This document shows positions 59,986-64,000 of a DNA stretch of 64,000 nucleotides, in pieces. Each line of letters opens with the position of its first letter. The first letter of the stretch is position 1. Source of the DNA: an uncultured Lutibacter sp. (GTDB lineage Bacteria; Bacteroidota; Bacteroidia; Flavobacteriales; Flavobacteriaceae); the NCBI GenBank assembly GCA_963933045.1, contig CAWVTS010000001.1, forward strand, positions 1,347 to 65,346. The letters are read 5' to 3'. The translations under genes were made by a program, and so were the position numbers. Below the pieces are notes generated by a model, which saw nothing but the letters and a program-made list of their open reading frames with translations, made no database searches and was not told where the DNA came from.

Positions 59986-60597
59986 ATGACTATTTTTGAT
60001 TTATTAGACTTTATTGGGACTTCTGTTTTTGCTATTTCTGGTGCTTTAGCAGCAATGAGAAGAAAATTTGACTCGTTTGGAGTTTTAATCTTAGCAGCAG
60101 TTACCGCAATTGGAGGCGGTAGTTTACGTGATGTTTTAATAGGAAATACTCCTGTTGGTTGGATGGTGCATTGGGAGTATTTAATTATCATTATTTGCTC
60201 AACACTTATTGCAGCTCTATTCAGAAAAAGATTAGCCTATTTTAGAAAAACCATGTTTTTGTTTGATGCGATTGGTTTAGGAATTTTTACAATTATTGGT
60301 TTTGAAACAGGGATGGCAGTAAATTTACATCCAATTATTTGTGTGATACTAGGAACATTAAGCGCCTCTTTTGGGGGTGTTTTAAGAGATGTTTTATGTA
60401 ATGAAGTGCCTTTGATTTTTCATAAAGAAGTCTATGCATCACTAAGTATTATTGGAGCAATTGTATTTTATGGATTACTACAAACACCTTTAGACATTAA
60501 TATTAATTATGTGATTACAAGTGCTTTGGTAGTTGTTTTAAGAATACTAGCCGTAAAATATGAATGGGTTTTACCCAAAATTTATAGAGAGTTGTAA
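59986..60597 (+). CDS. Trimeric intracellular cation channel (UPF0126/YadS) family protein
   Basis: GTSVFAISGALAA, TAIGGGSLRDVL, FDAIGLG, SFGGVLRDVL duplicated repeat. Confidence 0.92.
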   Translation: MTIFDLLDFIGTSVFAISGALAAMRRKFDSFGVLILAAVTAIGGGSLRDVLIGNTPVGWMVHWEYLIIIICSTLIAALFRKRLAYFRKTMFLFDAIGLGIFTIIGFETGMAVNLHPIICVILGTLSASFGGVLRDVLCNEVPLIFHKEVYASLSIIGAIVFYGLLQTPLDININYVITSALVVVLRILAVKYEWVLPKIYREL

Positions 60598-61095
60598 TTA
60601 TTCTGTATCCTCTTCAACGTTTAAGAAGTCAGGAAATATCATAGGAGCCAAACCTTTCAAGGGTTCATATAAGACTGAGTCTTCAGTATTCTCTTTATTC
60701 ACAAACGGTATTGTGCTATTTAGTTTATCAAAAACGATTAAAAGAACACTCAAAATCAACCCAATCTTTACTGCTCCAAAAACGCCTCCAAGCAGTTTGT
60801 TTAGAATTCCGAGTGCTGCAAAATTCGCGATTTTAGTAAACAACTTTCCTAATAAAGAAATAACGATCACAATCACAATAAATGTTACAGCAAAGGCAAC
60901 AATTGATATATATCTTTCGTCCCAATCAACACTGTCTTTCAAAAAATCTCCAATAAAATAAGAAAAGTGAATAGCGCCATACACACCAACGATTAAAGAT
61001 AAAAGTGATGCTAGTTCTACAAAGAGACCTTTTAATAAACCTCTAATAAAACCAAATAATAAAAGTGCTGTTAGAATGATGTCAAATGTGTTCAT
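60598..61095 (-). CDS. cvpA: CvpA family (colicin V production) membrane protein
   Basis: MNTFDII..GFIRGLLKGLFVEL..LNKLLGGVFG. Confidence 0.88.
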   Translation of the reverse strand: MNTFDIILTALLLFGFIRGLLKGLFVELASLLSLIVGVYGAIHFSYFIGDFLKDSVDWDERYISIVAFAVTFIVIVIVISLLGKLFTKIANFAALGILNKLLGGVFGAVKIGLILSVLLIVFDKLNSTIPFVNKENTEDSVLYEPLKGLAPMIFPDFLNVEEDTE

Positions 61096-61171
61096 GAAAA
61101 TAGATTTTTGGTAAATATAAAAAATACCAAGAAACAATTCAACAAATAAAGATTACACTATCTTTACGGTT

Positions 61172-61525
61172 ATGATTGGAGATCAAAATTTAAAAGAAAA
61201 TTGGGAGCAAGTTGTTAGTATTATTTCAGAGAAGTTTGCCGATGGCGATCGACTTGATCTAGATGCAATAATTTATTTAATAGGTGTTCAGGAGCTTGGA
61301 GTAGGCGCTAAAAAGTTCAAGAAAGATGAGAAATTGAATTTAATGCATATTGCTATTTGTAGGTTGTTGGAGCCTTATGGATATTATGAATTTGATTTTT
61401 TTGATGATGACGGTTGGCCACATTATAAAACCAAAGAAGAATTACCAACATTAAAACCAGGCGAACAGTCTATTTTAATGAAAGAATCTATTGTACAGTA
61501 CTTTAAGGAGAAAGAGTTGATTTAA
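61172..61525 (+). CDS. Conserved hypothetical protein
   Basis: 117 aa, natural coding composition (LDLDAIIYLIGVQELG, MHIAICRLLEPYGYY, DGWPHY). Confidence 0.75.
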   Translation: MIGDQNLKENWEQVVSIISEKFADGDRLDLDAIIYLIGVQELGVGAKKFKKDEKLNLMHIAICRLLEPYGYYEFDFFDDDGWPHYKTKEELPTLKPGEQSILMKESIVQYFKEKELI

Positions 61526-62316
61526 GTAACATTCACTTTTCTCACCAACTTTGCCAAAATACTTGGAAAAAAACGTTTTAAATACACACTTCCAGTTTCT
61601 TTAAAACCACCAATTACAACTTCCTTTTTACGTTTTTTAATTGCACGTATCATTCTTTTTGAAAAGACATCTGCAGGAATTCCGTTTTTAGTTGCTGTAT
61701 CCATCGAGTTTTGTTTCGTCCCATTTCCAGTAAGTGCATTCATAGAAACGTTTGTCTGTACATATCCAGGACAAACTAGAGTTACATCAATATTGTGCTT
61801 GTGAATTTCTGCCCTTAGGCTATCAAAAAAGCCATGTAGCGCATGTTTTGAGGCAGAATAAGAAGAACGCAAAGGTGTTGCGACTTTACCAACAACACTT
61901 GTAGTAATTACATAATGTCCAGAATTATTGCTAATAAAATGCGGTAAAAGGGCTTTGGATAAAGCAACAGTTCCAGTGTAATTGATATCCATTATTAGTT
62001 TGTCAACTTCGATAGTTGTATCAATTGCAAGAGAGCGTTGGCTTATACCTCCATTATTTACGAGAATGTCAATTTTGCCAAAAAAAGATATTGCTTCGGA
62101 AACAGTTTTATCAAATTTTGAGTAGTCTTCAAGATCCAGTGGTAAGATTTTTATAGTTTCAGGATTTTCACATAAAGTCTTCACTTCATTTAAAGTTGAT
62201 TCATTTCGTGACGAAAGGATTAATTTGGTGTCTAATTTAGAAAGTGCTATTGCAAGCGATTTACCAATTCCAGATGAAGCGCCAGTAATCCAAATTATTT
62301 TGTTTTTAAGATTCAT
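61522..62316 (-). CDS. SDR family oxidoreductase
   Basis: ITGASSGIG, LVNNGG, YSASK (YxxxK), VCPGYVQT. Confidence 0.93.
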   Translation of the reverse strand: MNLKNKIIWITGASSGIGKSLAIALSKLDTKLILSSRNESTLNEVKTLCENPETIKILPLDLEDYSKFDKTVSEAISFFGKIDILVNNGGISQRSLAIDTTIEVDKLIMDINYTGTVALSKALLPHFISNNSGHYVITTSVVGKVATPLRSSYSASKHALHGFFDSLRAEIHKHNIDVTLVCPGYVQTNVSMNALTGNGTKQNSMDTATKNGIPADVFSKRMIRAIKKRKKEVVIGGFKETGSVYLKRFFPSILAKLVRKVNVT

Positions 62317-62401
62317 AAATAAACTAATTTTTAGCAAAATAATCAATTATAGCGTACTTTTGATTTAATTGTTGAAATGAAAATTATAAAGAGATAAACA
62401 A

Positions 62402-63739
62402 ATGAAAAAAATAGTATTAGTTGCCTTGTTAATACTGTCATTTACGGTAAAATCACAAGACACTATCCGAGTAAAAATGACGCCAAATGAAGGTTACAAA
62501 TGGTTGATGTTGTATAAGATAAATGGTGCAAAGCAACAGTATATTTCAAAAGCAACAATTGAAAATAACGAGTTTAAATTACCTGTTTCAAAAGGAAACG
62601 CAACAGGAATGTATCGTTTGTATTACGATATGGAGAATGGTGGGTATTTTGATTTTATCTACAATCAAGAGTCAATTTCTGTAAGTTTTAATCCAAACTT
62701 ACCTGAGCAAACTGCTGAGTTCAAAAAATCAGAAGAAAATAAACTATTACAATCTTATTTCAATTCAATTCTTAAAAAACAAGCGAAAATTGATTCGGTT
62801 CAAATAGCATATTTTGACGCTGTAGATAAAAAACCATTGCAAAAAATGTATGTAGACGGGCTAAAGGAATTGAATAGTATGCAGGAATATTTCGAAAATA
62901 AAACTGAAGGAAAATTTGCAAATTATATTATAAAAGCAACCAAGAAGTACAACAATCCTAAAATAGTAGAAACAGTTGAAAGTTATTTAAAAACGTTGAA
63001 AACACACTTTTTTGATACAATAGATTTTTCAAACAAAGTCTTATTGAACTCTTCAATATTTGTTGATAAAGTTATAGAATACGTGTTTTATATCAACAGT
63101 TCTGAAGATCGAAAAACCGAGAAGAAACTAAGAGAAAGATCTATAAATGACGCAATGTCTATAATTGGTGAGAATAATGAAGTGAAGGCAGAAATTTTAA
63201 GTTCGTTAATTTATGCTTATGCAGGTCAAGAAGAATTAGGAGCGGTAGATTTTCTTAAAAATGGGTATTACAATCAACTACCAGAAGAACTTAAAGATGC
63301 TAAATTTATTTCAAATATTGATCGAATGTTAAGTGTTGCACTTGGAAGAGTTGCGCCAGAAATAACTTGGGCGAAAGATGGTAAAACAAAGAAATTATCA
63401 GAACATGAAGGTGTCGAAAATTATATAATTACTTTTTGGAGTACAACATGTTCTCACTGTTTAGAAGAAATTCCTGATTTGTATAAAGTCACTAAAGACA
63501 ATGAGAATTTAAAGGTAATTGCTGTTGCTTTAGAAGTAGATAAGTTTGGGTTTGAGTACCATACAGAAAAGATGGACAAATGGATACATATTCTTGGATT
63601 GAATAAGTGGAAAAATGAAATAGCAAAAAGGTATGAAGTTAACGTTACGCCAAGTTATTTTGTGTTAGACAAAGATAAAAAAATCATTGCTAAACCAGAA
63701 GAATTAGCAGAATTATTAGAATTGTTGAGTAAGGAGTAA
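62402..63739 (+). CDS. TlpA/ResA-like thioredoxin-domain protein
   Basis: Signal peptide; C-terminal FWSTTCSHC, YEVNVTPSYFVLD; TACTTTTG -7 element at 62355-62362. Confidence 0.85.
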   Translation: MKKIVLVALLILSFTVKSQDTIRVKMTPNEGYKWLMLYKINGAKQQYISKATIENNEFKLPVSKGNATGMYRLYYDMENGGYFDFIYNQESISVSFNPNLPEQTAEFKKSEENKLLQSYFNSILKKQAKIDSVQIAYFDAVDKKPLQKMYVDGLKELNSMQEYFENKTEGKFANYIIKATKKYNNPKIVETVESYLKTLKTHFFDTIDFSNKVLLNSSIFVDKVIEYVFYINSSEDRKTEKKLRERSINDAMSIIGENNEVKAEILSSLIYAYAGQEELGAVDFLKNGYYNQLPEELKDAKFISNIDRMLSVALGRVAPEITWAKDGKTKKLSEHEGVENYIITFWSTTCSHCLEEIPDLYKVTKDNENLKVIAVALEVDKFGFEYHTEKMDKWIHILGLNKWKNEIAKRYEVNVTPSYFVLDKDKKIIAKPEELAELLELLSKE

Positions 63740-63745
63740 AGAATC

Positions 63746-64000
63746 TTAGAAATATAGAAAAGCATCTTCTAAATGCTCAATTTTTGTTTCTTTTTCAGTT
63801 TTTATAATCGCAATAATATCAAACCGAACATCTACATTTAAATCTTTAGAAATTACATATTCATTGATTGCAGATACCGATAATTGTATTTTCTTCGGAT
63901 TCACAAAATCTTGTGGATTACCAAAATAATCACTCGAACGGGTTTTGACTTCTACAACAGCAAGCGTATTTTCTTTTTGAGCAATAATGTCAATTTCAGC
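63746..64000 (-). CDS. YraN (UPF0102) family protein, C-terminal part (starts beyond window)
   Basis: Not in ORF track. Manual translation AEIDIIAQKENTLAVVEVKTRSSDYFGNPQDFVNPKKIQ..VRFDIIAI..HLEDAFLYF*. Confidence 0.9.
   Translation of the reverse strand, partial: AEIDIIAQKENTLAVVEVKTRSSDYFGNPQDFVNPKKIQLSVSAINEYVISKDLNVDVRFDIIAIIKTEKETKIEHLEDAFLYF

Noticed and set aside
1-64000. CRISPR arrays, rRNA, IS transposases, prophage genes
   Set aside because: None seen: no regularly spaced repeats, and no transposase, integrase or phage structural motifs in the ORF track.

Overview
AT-rich chromosomal window from a Bacteroidota bacterium, most likely a marine Flavobacteriaceae (TAnnTTTG -7 promoters, SusC/SusD, T9SS C-terminal domains, bat operon). 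The left core block (1-17.8 kb) holds an EamA fragment, mfd, a TerB-like gene, an OmpA-barrel-only paralogue, addA/ompA/addB, an alpha/beta hydrolase, a MATE transporter, queD, pth, rplY, prs and tRNA-Leu(CAA). Directly after the tRNA, behind an att-like hairpin, lies a ~28 kb integrase-less accessory block (17.8-46.1 kb). It is a sulfated-polysaccharide utilization locus: FGE-type sulfatase maturase, hybrid two-component regulator, SusC/D, GH3, four Cys-type S1 sulfatases, GH10, GH5, Calx-beta lipoprotein, a T9SS non-catalytic protein and a XylE-like porter. The right core block has dCMP deaminase, an S41 protease, lpxH and the moxR-DUF58-batABCDE operon, with a perfect 27-bp REP-like inverted repeat after moxR. 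Inserted tail-to-tail against batE is a two-gene cassette: an M.AluI-like C5-cytosine methyltransferase plus a 317-aa DHH-like (DQH variant) protein with no recognisable restriction-endonuclease fold. This cassette is the best candidate for an undescribed system. All family assignments come from motif recognition by eye; no database searches were run.
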